Below, in pieces: positions 38,013-47,467 of a stretch of DNA of 54,342 nt (its first letter is position 1; each line of letters starts with the position of its first letter). A program made the position numbers and the translations under genes. The DNA is from a virus (Duplodnaviria > Caudoviricetes), in the IMG/VR virus record IMGVR_UViG_3300028025_003683, positions 1 to 54,342 of that record, one strand, 5' to 3'. Under the pieces are notes generated by a model. The model did no database searches. It was given only the letters and a program-made list of their open reading frames with translations, and was not told where the DNA came from.

Positions 38013-40067
38013 ATGGCTTTCGTCCCAAGTGTAATTGGCGAAACTGTTGCCAGTGCTGGAACAATATTAGATAACGAAGGTTTTGGTTTTTCTGCTGCCT
38101 ATACCACTGTAGGAGCCACTGCTGGCAATGACGGAACTGCCGCGTCTCAGAGCCCGGGTGCAGGAACTAACCAACCTCTGTTTACTGTAGTCACAGTAAC
38201 TTTTTATCAGTATGTTCCGCCCGTTGCATCGCCAAGTGTTTCTATCTCTGCCACTAGAACTACCCCCACAAACGTTTCGATAACCTTTAGTGTCACCTCT
38301 CCGGCCGGCGGGGGAACTACTAACTGGTCCATTTCCGGAACTGGCTCTCCCTATACTTCAAATCAGACGCTTGCCGCTGGGTCAACGCAGAGTCAGACAG
38401 TAAACGCTACTGTAACTCCCTCGGCTTCTAGATATTCATACACAATCACTGCCAGTAATAATGGTGGTACCGTATCTGCAAGTGATTTTGACTTAGCCTC
38501 TAATCCGACAACACTGCCTTCAGGAACTATTACGGCTTCTACGTCAACCTCATACACCACCCTAGACGTATCTTTCCAGGTCACGGCTCCCGCCAACAGT
38601 AGTGGTAGCGACAATAATGGCGACACTTATTGGACTGTTTCAGGTACTGGATTATCGCAGTCTGGATTTTTACCGGCAGGAGTTGCAGAAACATTTGAGT
38701 ACACAACCAGCTCTACGCTATCTTATGGGTCAAGCCACACTTACACGCTAGTAGTTACAAACAACCGCGGCAGTAATACTGCTACATCTTCTGCAACTAC
38801 TAAAATTGTAGAACCTCCTACAAATCTAACCGTAAGTGCAATTACATCTAACTCGGCATTAGTGTCTTGGACCGCTTCTATCACTGCTGGAGCAACATAC
38901 AGCGTCACAGCTACGGGGGGTACGGTTAATTACTCCAGTGGGACTAGTGCAACTATTACCGGACTTGCCTCTAACACCTCTTATACCGTTACTGTTCGTG
39001 CCCTAGACTCGGGGTACCAATCAGAACCTGCGTCTCAGAGTTTCACTACTCTAGTCCAAAAAACAATTACTGCTACTATTTCTGCTACATCGAGCCTTGA
39101 CGGTACAGAAGCTACGGTTCAGTGGTTAGCTACAAAAAGCGCTGGAGTAACTTTTTCATTTGTAGAAGCTTACGGTCCCGGTATAGAGTCCGGTGGAACC
39201 GTGTCAGGTACGGTTATAATCCCGGGCCTATCCCCTGGAGGTACATATACTTGGTACGTAGATGCGTTAGGGTTCTACGAAGCTGAGCAGCTAAGTGATA
39301 GTGATTTTGTAACTTTAGTTATGAATCAGCCAGTTTCTGGAGCACCTAGTGCTCCTCAGGATTTTACAGCAGTGGCTGTAAATACAGGAACCGTTTCTTT
39401 AACTTGGAATGGCTCTACCTCGGCGGGAGGATTCCCTCCGGTTACTTATTATCTGGCTGGACCTGGAACAATAAACACTCCTATAACCACAAACAACTAT
39501 GCTACAGCGTCCGGACTTTCCCCTGGGAACACATACACCTTTTCTATTTACGCTCAAAACACTAACCCATCTGCTCCAAATACTTCTGCGACAGTGTTTG
39601 CATCTGCCGTAACGCCTAATACCAGTCTTGGTGTTGCCGCCCTAGTCCCTAACATCACTGCCAGCTCTAATGCTGCCGGGACCGAGGCAACGGTCTCTTG
39701 GTCGACTGTTAGTTATGGAGCATCCGTTTACTTTCCTGAGGCTGATGTTTCAGGTGATGGACTGTCTTTTTCTTCTAATGCCCTATCGGGTTCGCAGGTG
39801 GTGACCGGGCTTACACCTGGAAGTTCTTATATTTTTAGAATTTATGTAATTGGATTTACACTTGCTGGAATCCTTGTTGCTGCGTCAGACGTCTACGTAG
39901 TTACAATGAGTAATCCTACGCCACCCCCTCCCCCCGCTGTGATTGCCGACAAAATCTACTACCACAATGGCACTACCTACGTTCAAGCCAATGCAGTTCA
40001 GGTGTATAATGGTACTTGGGTGGCTTCATCCCTAAAGACCTCAGACGGACAAGGAAACTGGACATAA
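38013..40067 (+). CDS. Fibronectin type III repeat virion protein
   Basis: PPTNLTVSAITSNSALVSW...ITGLASNTSYTVTVRA and similar GL.PG..YTF repeats; Ser/Thr-rich. Confidence 0.85.
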   Translation: MAFVPSVIGETVASAGTILDNEGFGFSAAYTTVGATAGNDGTAASQSPGAGTNQPLFTVVTVTFYQYVPPVASPSVSISATRTTPTNVSITFSVTSPAGGGTTNWSISGTGSPYTSNQTLAAGSTQSQTVNATVTPSASRYSYTITASNNGGTVSASDFDLASNPTTLPSGTITASTSTSYTTLDVSFQVTAPANSSGSDNNGDTYWTVSGTGLSQSGFLPAGVAETFEYTTSSTLSYGSSHTYTLVVTNNRGSNTATSSATTKIVEPPTNLTVSAITSNSALVSWTASITAGATYSVTATGGTVNYSSGTSATITGLASNTSYTVTVRALDSGYQSEPASQSFTTLVQKTITATISATSSLDGTEATVQWLATKSAGVTFSFVEAYGPGIESGGTVSGTVIIPGLSPGGTYTWYVDALGFYEAEQLSDSDFVTLVMNQPVSGAPSAPQDFTAVAVNTGTVSLTWNGSTSAGGFPPVTYYLAGPGTINTPITTNNYATASGLSPGNTYTFSIYAQNTNPSAPNTSATVFASAVTPNTSLGVAALVPNITASSNAAGTEATVSWSTVSYGASVYFPEADVSGDGLSFSSNALSGSQVVTGLTPGSSYIFRIYVIGFTLAGILVAASDVYVVTMSNPTPPPPPAVIADKIYYHNGTTYVQANAVQVYNGTWVASSLKTSDGQGNWT

Positions 40068-40068
40068 A

Positions 40069-40203
40069 ATGTACAAAATTATGCCCTACGCAGACCCGTC
40101 TACTGGCCTGTTTGTATACCTAGTTGTCAATAAAACCACCGGAAAAACCGAAGGCAAATTCAACTCTCGCAAAGAGGCTCAGGCTTACATCCTGTCAAAA
40201 TAG
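40069..40203 (+). CDS. Small hypothetical protein (44 aa, absent from ORF track)
   Basis: ATG 1 nt after the previous stop; MYKIMPYADPSTGLFVYLVVNKTTGKTEGKFNSRKEAQAYILSK fills the gap. Confidence 0.6.
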   Translation: MYKIMPYADPSTGLFVYLVVNKTTGKTEGKFNSRKEAQAYILSK

Positions 40204-40257
40204 GGTAAAAATCGTTTAGGTATACTTATCTATATACAAAGACAAAAAAGGAAAGAC

Positions 40258-40440
40258 ATGGCAAAAAACAACGAAGAATTTTTAAGCACTGTTCTAGCAA
40301 CTACTAGAGAGCAGCTGTCTAAGGCTGTAAACCTGTGTGCCGAGCTAGAGGCTCTTTTGATTATAGAAAAAAAGAAGAATTCCCAGCTGGAATCAATGTT
40401 AGATAAAAAAGTCTCTAATGTGATAGCTTCTGATGATTAA
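40258..40440 (+). CDS. Small coiled-coil hypothetical protein
   Basis: AAGGA RBS; TATACT at 40221. Confidence 0.65.
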   Translation: MAKNNEEFLSTVLATTREQLSKAVNLCAELEALLIIEKKKNSQLESMLDKKVSNVIASDD

Positions 40441-40903
40441 CGTCAGAGACGGAGCTCGTACGCTTCAATTCAACGGCAAGATTCTGGGCCAGTCGTCTTC
40501 ATGGCGTAAAGGCTCTACTCGCTGGATTGAATTTCAACTATACAAAACCGAGAGTGGCTCTTACGTCCTTTCGCGTATCGGCGTATCAATTATCTTCCAC
40601 GGCTCGGCTTGCTCGCTTGTAAAGCGTTATGGTCTTACCGAGGTTGAGTTCAACGCCCTAGTAGATGACTCAATTCCTTGCGAAGAATGCCAGCCAGACG
40701 AAAGTGCCGCGCTAGTGTTCCCAGAGAAGCACCGTTACTGGGCTCAGGTGTCTGAGGAGCCTCAGGCTGTGCTTGACGCCCTTTACAAGTATGACGAGGG
40801 TGGTGCTCGCTACCTTACTAACGTCGCTCAACGTCTACTTGAGGACGCGTCTAAAGCTGACGACAAGATTGCAGCAATCTACAAGTTTGAAGTAATTCCT
40901 TAA
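40433..40903 (+). CDS. Hypothetical protein, possible Zn-binding
   Basis: 156 aa; RWIEFQLYKT..G.YV, H...C and CEEC. Confidence 0.7.
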   Translation: MINVRDGARTLQFNGKILGQSSSWRKGSTRWIEFQLYKTESGSYVLSRIGVSIIFHGSACSLVKRYGLTEVEFNALVDDSIPCEECQPDESAALVFPEKHRYWAQVSEEPQAVLDALYKYDEGGARYLTNVAQRLLEDASKADDKIAAIYKFEVIP

Positions 40904-40921
40904 ATAGACTCAGAAATAGTT

Positions 40922-40950
40922 CTTGACTAGGTAGTCAAGTGTGGTATAAC
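40922..40950 (+). promoter_or_regulatory. SigA-type promoter with a palindrome over the -35
   Basis: TTGACT 40923-40928, TATAAC 40945-40950; perfect inverted repeat CTTGACTA-GG-TAGTCAAG at 40922-40939. Confidence 0.7.
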
Positions 40951-40973
40951 TGTATCTGTAGTAGAGGACAATA

Positions 40974-42794
40974 ATGACAACAGGACTTGGCGACATCAAA
41001 TTAGAATTGGTGAACAGCGCCGAACAAGCAGCTAGGTTTATTAGCTGGCTGGGTGAGCGACGCCCGCTCAACGCAATCGCGGTCGACATTGAGACCGGCG
41101 AACTTCCAGGCGGTAAGCGTGATGACGCACTCTCGCCTTGGCATGGGCAAATACGTCTAGTTCAGGTCGGTGACGGCCTTACCGGCTGGTCTATTCCCTG
41201 GGGCGAATGGTCCGGAGTTTTCTACGAGGGCATGGATAAGTTTGACGGGCAGATTGTCTGTCACAACATTGCCTTTGAAGCCCGCTGGTTTGATGTGCAG
41301 TCGCGCTGGAAAATGCCGTGGCACCGCGCTCACGACACAATGATTATGGCGCACCTTATTGACCCGCTTGGGTCAGGTGCGCTAAAGCGTCTTACCTCTC
41401 AGTATGTCGACGCCAAAGCTGCGTCTTTGCAGTCTCAGCTGGACGAAGGACTTGTAAAGAATGGTTGGACCTGGGGAACTGTTCCAATCGACTACCAGCC
41501 TTACTGGGCCTATGGTGCGCTCGACACTGTTTTGACCATGAAACTTTTTGAGTTGTTCTGGCAAAAGTGCGGACCTGGTCAGCCTTACTCTCAGGCGTAC
41601 GAGCTTGAAATGAATACACGACGTATCGTCACTCGCATGGAGCTCAACGGTGCTCGTCTCGACCTCGACTACTCGCGCCGTAAGTATGACGAACTAGTTG
41701 AATATACCGAGCAGGTTAAGACCTGGGCCAAGGACTCATACAACGGGTTATCAATCACAAGCAACATTCAGTTGGTTCGTCAATTCGAAGCCATGGGCGC
41801 ACTTATCACTGAGACAACTCCGTCTGGTGCAAAGTCTGCGTCTGCTGACCAGCTCAAGATGTTGGTTCGTGATGGCACTCCTCAGATTCAGGAATTGGCA
41901 GCTACAGTTTTGAAGCAGCGAAAAGCTGACAAACTAGCCAACACCTACTTCTCTAACTTCATCAACGACAATGTCAACGGTTTCGTACACCCGTCTGTGA
42001 AGACTCTCGGCGCTCGTACTGGCCGTATGTCTATCCAGAACCCTGCGCTACAGACCCTACCTAAGGGTGACGACACTGTTCGCCGTGCATTCCTACCTAA
42101 GGACGACGACCACGTAATCGTCACCTCGGACCTTGACCAGGTTGAGTTCCGCATGTTCGCAACCTTGTCAAAAGATGAGAACCTAATCAACCTATTCAAC
42201 ATGGCAGACGCTACCGGCTCAGACCCTTTTACTGAGATTGGTCGCGAGGTTTACGCTGACCCAGCAATGCAGAAGTCAGACAAGCGTCGTGGTCTAATCA
42301 AGGGTGTAGTTTACGGTCGCCTCTACGGTGCCGGTGTCGCGAAGCAGGCACTAACCGCTGGTGTCCCCGAAGAGCAGATGCGTGCAGTATCAAATGCATT
42401 TGACGAGCGTTTTCCTGGCATGGCTCTTTTCCAAAAGAAAGTAGAAGACGTTGGTATGCGTCGTCTGCGCTCAGAGGGTCAGGGTTACGTAAACACCTGG
42501 ACCGGGCGTCGACTACCTTGTGACGAAGACCGCGTCTACACTCTCACTAACTATTTGATTCAGGGCGGTGCCGCTGAAGTGTTTAAGTCGAACCTAGTCA
42601 AGTTGGACCAGGCTGACCTCACCGAGCTTTTGATTGTGCCTGTGCACGATGAAATTGTGTTGAATGCTCCGCGTGAAAGCGCAGCCGAGATTCAGCAGAT
42701 TGTCCGCGAGTGCATGACTACTCGCGATGGTTGGGCAGTGCCTCTTACTGCTGATGTTGACGGACCTCTAGAAAACTGGGGACAGAAATACTAA
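40974..42794 (+). CDS. polA: DNA polymerase family A with 3'-5' exonuclease
   Basis: Exo motifs DIET, HNIAFE, YGALD; TGRMS..NP.LQ; motif A DLDQVE; motif B RRGLIKGVVYG; motif C VHDE. Confidence 0.95.
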   Translation: MTTGLGDIKLELVNSAEQAARFISWLGERRPLNAIAVDIETGELPGGKRDDALSPWHGQIRLVQVGDGLTGWSIPWGEWSGVFYEGMDKFDGQIVCHNIAFEARWFDVQSRWKMPWHRAHDTMIMAHLIDPLGSGALKRLTSQYVDAKAASLQSQLDEGLVKNGWTWGTVPIDYQPYWAYGALDTVLTMKLFELFWQKCGPGQPYSQAYELEMNTRRIVTRMELNGARLDLDYSRRKYDELVEYTEQVKTWAKDSYNGLSITSNIQLVRQFEAMGALITETTPSGAKSASADQLKMLVRDGTPQIQELAATVLKQRKADKLANTYFSNFINDNVNGFVHPSVKTLGARTGRMSIQNPALQTLPKGDDTVRRAFLPKDDDHVIVTSDLDQVEFRMFATLSKDENLINLFNMADATGSDPFTEIGREVYADPAMQKSDKRRGLIKGVVYGRLYGAGVAKQALTAGVPEEQMRAVSNAFDERFPGMALFQKKVEDVGMRRLRSEGQGYVNTWTGRRLPCDEDRVYTLTNYLIQGGAAEVFKSNLVKLDQADLTELLIVPVHDEIVLNAPRESAAEIQQIVRECMTTRDGWAVPLTADVDGPLENWGQKY

Positions 42795-43261
42795 TGACTA
42801 AACTACTACTGGCTGTAGACCCCGGGAAAGCAACCGGCATTGCCTTTTTTAGTTACAACGCTGGCGAAGAGCCTGTGCTTATCGAGGCTGGTGAGTACCA
42901 GCAAGACGAGTACGCTAAGCCAATTCGACAAGCTCTCGCTCACTCGATTATGTCGGGGCAGGAACTTGAGATTGTCTGCGAGCGATTTACTATCAACTCC
43001 CAGACTGTCAAAAACTCTCAGGCTCCGTTTTCCCTTGAGCAGATTGGAATCCTCAAGCAGTGCCTTATGGACGTGGGTCGCTCTCCTGACGACATTTACT
43101 TCCAGAGCCCTGCGGACGCCAAGTCCATGTTTGACAACCCTAAGCTCAAGAAGCTAGGATATTGGCACAAGGGCGGCGAAGGACATGCACTTGACGCAAT
43201 CCGACACGGTTTGCTAAGGTTGGTAAAAAGCGGTTGGAAGCCAATTTCGCTGCTAGAATAA
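42794..43261 (+). CDS. RuvC-like Holliday junction resolvase
   Basis: LLAVDPGKATGIA, IVCERF and HALDAIRH acidic motif set. Confidence 0.75.
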   Translation: MTKLLLAVDPGKATGIAFFSYNAGEEPVLIEAGEYQQDEYAKPIRQALAHSIMSGQELEIVCERFTINSQTVKNSQAPFSLEQIGILKQCLMDVGRSPDDIYFQSPADAKSMFDNPKLKKLGYWHKGGEGHALDAIRHGLLRLVKSGWKPISLLE

Positions 43262-43345
43262 TTTTAAAGATACTAACAAAATTTGCAATAAAACTAAAAA
43301 ATCTGTGTTAGTATGTATATACGAAATGACGAAAGGAAGGCTTAG

Positions 43346-45151
43346 ATGCCTGTTGATGTAGAGCTTGACGCCACTGGCAAGCACATCATTATTAACGCTG
43401 AATGGCGTTTAAAAGAGCTATGCAAGAGCATTCCAGGAGCCTCCTGGAGCGCCAAGGAGGGCATTTGGCGTTTGCCAACCTCCTGGGCCAGCTGCCTTGC
43501 GCTAAGGTCTACATTCAAGGAAGACCTTGCTATAGGACCTAATTTGAAGGCCTGGGCCGGTAAAGAAGTAGCAAGCCGAATCAACCCGTCAAATACACTT
43601 CGAGACTTAGAGGCCATCGAGGACTCAACCGAGAATGCTGACCTCTTTCCACACCAGCGTGCAGGAGTACGATTCCTAGCTACTGCACGTAGAGCACTGC
43701 TGGCTGACGAGCCCGGTCTTGGTAAGACCGCTCAGGCTATCCGTGCTCTTAAGGCGGCACACGACGCGGGTGAAGCAATATTTCCAGCCCTTGTCGTGTG
43801 CCCCAACACTTTGAAGAAAAACTGGGAGCGCGAGTTCGACAAGTGGTGGCCAGGCGTAAACGTTCAGGTTATCTCTGGCTCTGCTGTTCAGCGTCGCAAG
43901 CAGTTTGAAGAAGAGGCTGACGTCTATGTAATCAACTGGGAGTCGCTACGCACTCATTCGCGTTTGGCTCCTTACGGCTCAATTTCGCTTAGCCGTTGCG
44001 CACTTTGTGGTGGGCACGACACTCGTATCACTCCGACCAAGTGTGAGGTTCACGAGCGTGAGCTAAACGTTATTGACTTCAAGGCAGTCATTGCTGACGA
44101 AATGCACCGCTCAAAAGACCCTAAGTCAAAACAGAGTCGTGCGCTCTGGGCTGCTACTGGCGAAGCCGACATTCGTTATGCGCTTACCGGTACTCCAATT
44201 GCTAACAACGTTCTTGACATGTGGGCAATCTTGCACTGGATTTCTCCAGAAGAGTGGCCTTCAAAGACCAAGTGGATTGACCGCATGGTCAACACCATGC
44301 TCAATGCGTTTGGCGGAATGATGGTTCTCGGTGTGAAGCCTCACATGGAAGAAGAGTTCTACGCTGCCATCAACCCTCGTATGCGTCGCATGTTGAAAGC
44401 GCGTGTACTTCCTTGGCTGCCAGAGATTATCAACGACCGCCGTGACATCGAGATGTCTGCAAAGCAGGCCAAAGCCTACAAGCAGATGCGCGACAACATG
44501 ATTGCAATGCTCGAGCGTGAAGACGCTACTGGCGATGCGATTGTTGCACCTAACCCTTTGACCCAGACTATTCGTCTGCTACAACTTGCTAGCTCTTACG
44601 CAGAGGTAGTTGTTGACGACGCTGGCAACGAAAAGGTTATTCTCGCTGACCCGTCATGTAAGGTCGATGCTTTGATGGACGACATCAAGGCTGGAGACTT
44701 TGGTGACGACTCGGTTGCAGTCTGTGCCGTGTCTCGTCAGCTAATCGACCTAGTAAGCGCACACCTAACAAAGGAAGGTATCGAGCACGGTCTAATTACC
44801 GGTGCTCAGGATGCCGACCAGCGCCAGCGTGCGATTGATGATTTCCAGTCTGGACGCACTAAGTGGATTCTGTTCACCGCCCAGGCTGGTGGTGTTGGTG
44901 TTACCTTGACAGCTGCTCGTCGTCTTGTTATGCTACAGCGACCATGGTCTCTTGTTGACCACAAGCAGGCTTTGGACCGTGTCCACCGCATCGGCTCTGA
45001 GATTCACGACTCTGTGATTATCACTGACTATGTAACTCAGGACACTATTGAAGAGCGAGTTATTGACGCCCTAGATACCAAGTCAGACAATTTTGAACAA
45101 ATTGTCCGTGACAAAGCAAAACTACTTGACATGCTAAAAGAAAGTAAGTAG
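43346..45151 (+). CDS. SNF2-family helicase/ATPase with HARP-like N-terminus
   Basis: LADEPGLGKT, DEMH, LTGTP, QALDRVHRIG. Confidence 0.92.
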   Translation: MPVDVELDATGKHIIINAEWRLKELCKSIPGASWSAKEGIWRLPTSWASCLALRSTFKEDLAIGPNLKAWAGKEVASRINPSNTLRDLEAIEDSTENADLFPHQRAGVRFLATARRALLADEPGLGKTAQAIRALKAAHDAGEAIFPALVVCPNTLKKNWEREFDKWWPGVNVQVISGSAVQRRKQFEEEADVYVINWESLRTHSRLAPYGSISLSRCALCGGHDTRITPTKCEVHERELNVIDFKAVIADEMHRSKDPKSKQSRALWAATGEADIRYALTGTPIANNVLDMWAILHWISPEEWPSKTKWIDRMVNTMLNAFGGMMVLGVKPHMEEEFYAAINPRMRRMLKARVLPWLPEIINDRRDIEMSAKQAKAYKQMRDNMIAMLEREDATGDAIVAPNPLTQTIRLLQLASSYAEVVVDDAGNEKVILADPSCKVDALMDDIKAGDFGDDSVAVCAVSRQLIDLVSAHLTKEGIEHGLITGAQDADQRQRAIDDFQSGRTKWILFTAQAGGVGVTLTAARRLVMLQRPWSLVDHKQALDRVHRIGSEIHDSVIITDYVTQDTIEERVIDALDTKSDNFEQIVRDKAKLLDMLKESK

Positions 45152-45161
45152 GGTATTACAC

Positions 45162-46103
45162 ATGACAGATGCTCCCCTAAGAATTTCTAACTCAGAAATT
45201 CAGACATTTAAAGACTGCCGACGCAAGTGGTGGTTTAGCTACTACCGTCGTCTGCAGCCAAAGCAGAAGGATTTTACTGGTGCGCTTGCGCTAGGTTCTC
45301 GTATCCACGAAGCAATGGACCAGTACTACTCTTCGGACATGACTCTAGACCTGCTTGAGATTCACTCTGAGCTAGTCTTGACTGACCGCAAGATTCTTAT
45401 GGACGACTACCGCGACACTACCGACCTCGAAGCTGAGGCAGAGCTAGGCCACATCATGCTTGCTGGCTATCTAGAATGGGTAGAGGACGAGGGCATCGAT
45501 GTTGAGCTAGAGCGTATCTCGAACGAAGAGATTATCTCTATGCCTATGTTTGACGGCAAGGTCGAACTTCAAGGCAAGCTAGACATGCGCGTTCGTCGTA
45601 AGTCTGATGGCGCTCGTATGTTCCGTGACTTTAAAACTGTTGGTGGTTCGTTTACTGAGTTCGGTTCTACCGCTCACATGAACGAGCAGATTCTTACCTA
45701 CATGACTCTGGAGGCTGCTCAGAACAAAGATGGCGAGCGTTCTGATGGTGGTATCTTTACCATGCTTAAAAAGGTAAAGCGTTCGGCTGCAGCTAAGCCA
45801 CCGTTCTACCAGCAGATTGAAGTGCGCCACAACATCTACGCTCTCCGTAACTTTTGGCAGCGTCTTCAGGGCTCAATCGGAGACATGCTCAATGTTCGCA
45901 AGGCACTCGACGAGGGTGCTAATCACCAGCTAGTTGCATACCCACGCCCTTCGCGTGACTGCAAGTGGAAGTGTCAATTCTTCTCCGTTTGTCCACTAGT
46001 GGATGACGGTAGTGCTGCAGAGGCAGCAATTGAAGATTCGTTCGCGGTTGGTAACCCGTACGATTACTATAACAGTACCCAAGAAAAGAAAGGAAGTGAG
46101 TAG
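45162..46103 (+). CDS. PD-(D/E)XK Cas4/RecB-like exonuclease with Fe-S cysteines
   Basis: SNSEI..F..CRR, GKLD...DFKT, Q...Y and C-terminal CKWKC.....C. Confidence 0.88.
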   Translation: MTDAPLRISNSEIQTFKDCRRKWWFSYYRRLQPKQKDFTGALALGSRIHEAMDQYYSSDMTLDLLEIHSELVLTDRKILMDDYRDTTDLEAEAELGHIMLAGYLEWVEDEGIDVELERISNEEIISMPMFDGKVELQGKLDMRVRRKSDGARMFRDFKTVGGSFTEFGSTAHMNEQILTYMTLEAAQNKDGERSDGGIFTMLKKVKRSAAAKPPFYQQIEVRHNIYALRNFWQRLQGSIGDMLNVRKALDEGANHQLVAYPRPSRDCKWKCQFFSVCPLVDDGSAAEAAIEDSFAVGNPYDYYNSTQEKKGSE

Positions 46104-46105
46104 AC

Positions 46106-46870
46106 ATGTCGAATGTTGACCGCAGTTTAACAATTATGGTTTATGGCGAGTCTAAGGTTGGTAAGTCAACCTTTGCAGTTACGGCACCATACCCACGCCT
46201 AATGCTAGATGTTGAGGGTGGACACCGTTTCCTCCCAATCAACGTAAAGTATTGGGACCCAATTCGCGAAGAGCCACCTGTTGCAGATGGTACGTGGGAC
46301 ACAGTTGTTGTCCAGGTTCGCGACTACGATGTTGTAATGAAGACATTCCAATGGCTTCAGAGCGGCAAGCACCAGTTCAAGTCCCTAATCATTGACTCAA
46401 TCTCTGAGTTGCAGGTTAAGTGCATGGACAACATTGCAGGAACCGAACAGATGAAGATGCAACAGTGGGGCGAGCTACTTCGCCACATGGGTGCACTACT
46501 TCGTGACCTTCGTGACCTAACAATGCACCCAACTCAGCCTCTCGAGGCTGTAGTATTGACTGCTATGGCTCGTAAGGGTCAGGATGGCGTATACCGTCCT
46601 TACCTACAGGGTCAGCTAGCAGTTCAAGCACCATATTTCTACGACATTCTGGGAGCAATCACAGTGGAGCAGGTTCCAAACCCTGACCCAATGCAGGCTC
46701 CATACAAGGTTCGTCGTATGTATGTGGAGCGAACTCCTGACTATGAAGCAGGAGAGCGCGTACAAGGCCGACTCGGCAAGGTTGTCGAGCAGGAAAACTT
46801 GGGCATCGAACGTATGCTCGATATGGTCTTCGGTGAGAAGACCAAAACTACAACAAAGAAAGCAGGCTAA
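46106..46870 (+). CDS. AAA_24 / Sak4-like recombination ATPase
   Basis: YGESKVGKST, LDVEGG, IIDSISE. Confidence 0.85.
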   Translation: MSNVDRSLTIMVYGESKVGKSTFAVTAPYPRLMLDVEGGHRFLPINVKYWDPIREEPPVADGTWDTVVVQVRDYDVVMKTFQWLQSGKHQFKSLIIDSISELQVKCMDNIAGTEQMKMQQWGELLRHMGALLRDLRDLTMHPTQPLEAVVLTAMARKGQDGVYRPYLQGQLAVQAPYFYDILGAITVEQVPNPDPMQAPYKVRRMYVERTPDYEAGERVQGRLGKVVEQENLGIERMLDMVFGEKTKTTTKKAG

Positions 46871-46875
46871 GGCCC

Positions 46876-47406
46876 ATGAGCTCAGTCAATTGGAGCGACC
46901 TCGTCAAAGAAGCTGGCGAGACTAACAGCTACGAAGCACTACCAGATGGTGACTACGACCTAAAGGTCCTAGAAGCTACTGCAAAGGTTTCGCAGTCAGG
47001 CAAGACCATGTTCTCGATTAAGAGCGAGGTACAGGCTGGTCCACACGCAAAGCGTTTGGTCTGGGACAACCTAGTTGTTTCTCCAGACTCATCAGCAGCA
47101 CTTGGAATGTTTTTCAAGAAGATGGCTGCTCTAGGTCTAAACCGCGCTTACTTCGACCAGAACCCAACCAACGCTCAGATTGAGCAGGCACTACTAAACC
47201 GCACCTTCCGCGGTCAGGTTGGTTCACGTACCTGGCAGGGCCAGAAGAAGAACGAAATCAAGATGTACTACGTTCTTCCTGCCGCTGGCGAGGCTGTTGC
47301 ATCTCCACCAGTAACCGCAGCAGCACCTGCGCCAGCACCAGCGCCAGCTCCGGCTCCAGCACCTGCTCCGGCAGCACCTGTGAGCTCGGAAGACGCTCCG
47401 TTCTAA
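46876..47406 (+). CDS. DUF669-like single-stranded DNA-binding protein
   Basis: LPDGDY...V......SQSGK.M, NEIK, PA linker and acidic EDAPF tail; follows Sak4-like gene. Confidence 0.8.
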   Translation: MSSVNWSDLVKEAGETNSYEALPDGDYDLKVLEATAKVSQSGKTMFSIKSEVQAGPHAKRLVWDNLVVSPDSSAALGMFFKKMAALGLNRAYFDQNPTNAQIEQALLNRTFRGQVGSRTWQGQKKNEIKMYYVLPAAGEAVASPPVTAAAPAPAPAPAPAPAPAPAAPVSSEDAPF

Positions 47407-47420
47407 CAAACTAAACGGTG

Positions 47421-47448
47421 AGGGGGCACTACTCCGGTAGTGTCCCCT
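47421..47448 (+). terminator. Hairpin after the SSB gene
   Basis: AGGGGGCACTAC-TCCG-GTAGTGTCCCCT followed by TATCTATT. Confidence 0.65.
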
Positions 47449-47467
47449 TATCTATTAGTAAGGAATC

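Noticed and set aside
30039-40067. Diversity-generating retroelement acting on tail fibres
   Set aside because: No reverse transcriptase and no visible template/variable repeat pair in the window.
40974-42794. DpoZ / Z-genome polymerase
   Set aside because: No purZ, datZ or mazZ in the window, and no diagnostic feature I can verify by eye.
45162-46103. Cas4-like gene as part of a CRISPR system
   Set aside because: No repeat-spacer array or other cas genes seen; it sits in a standard exonuclease-Sak4-SSB recombination module.
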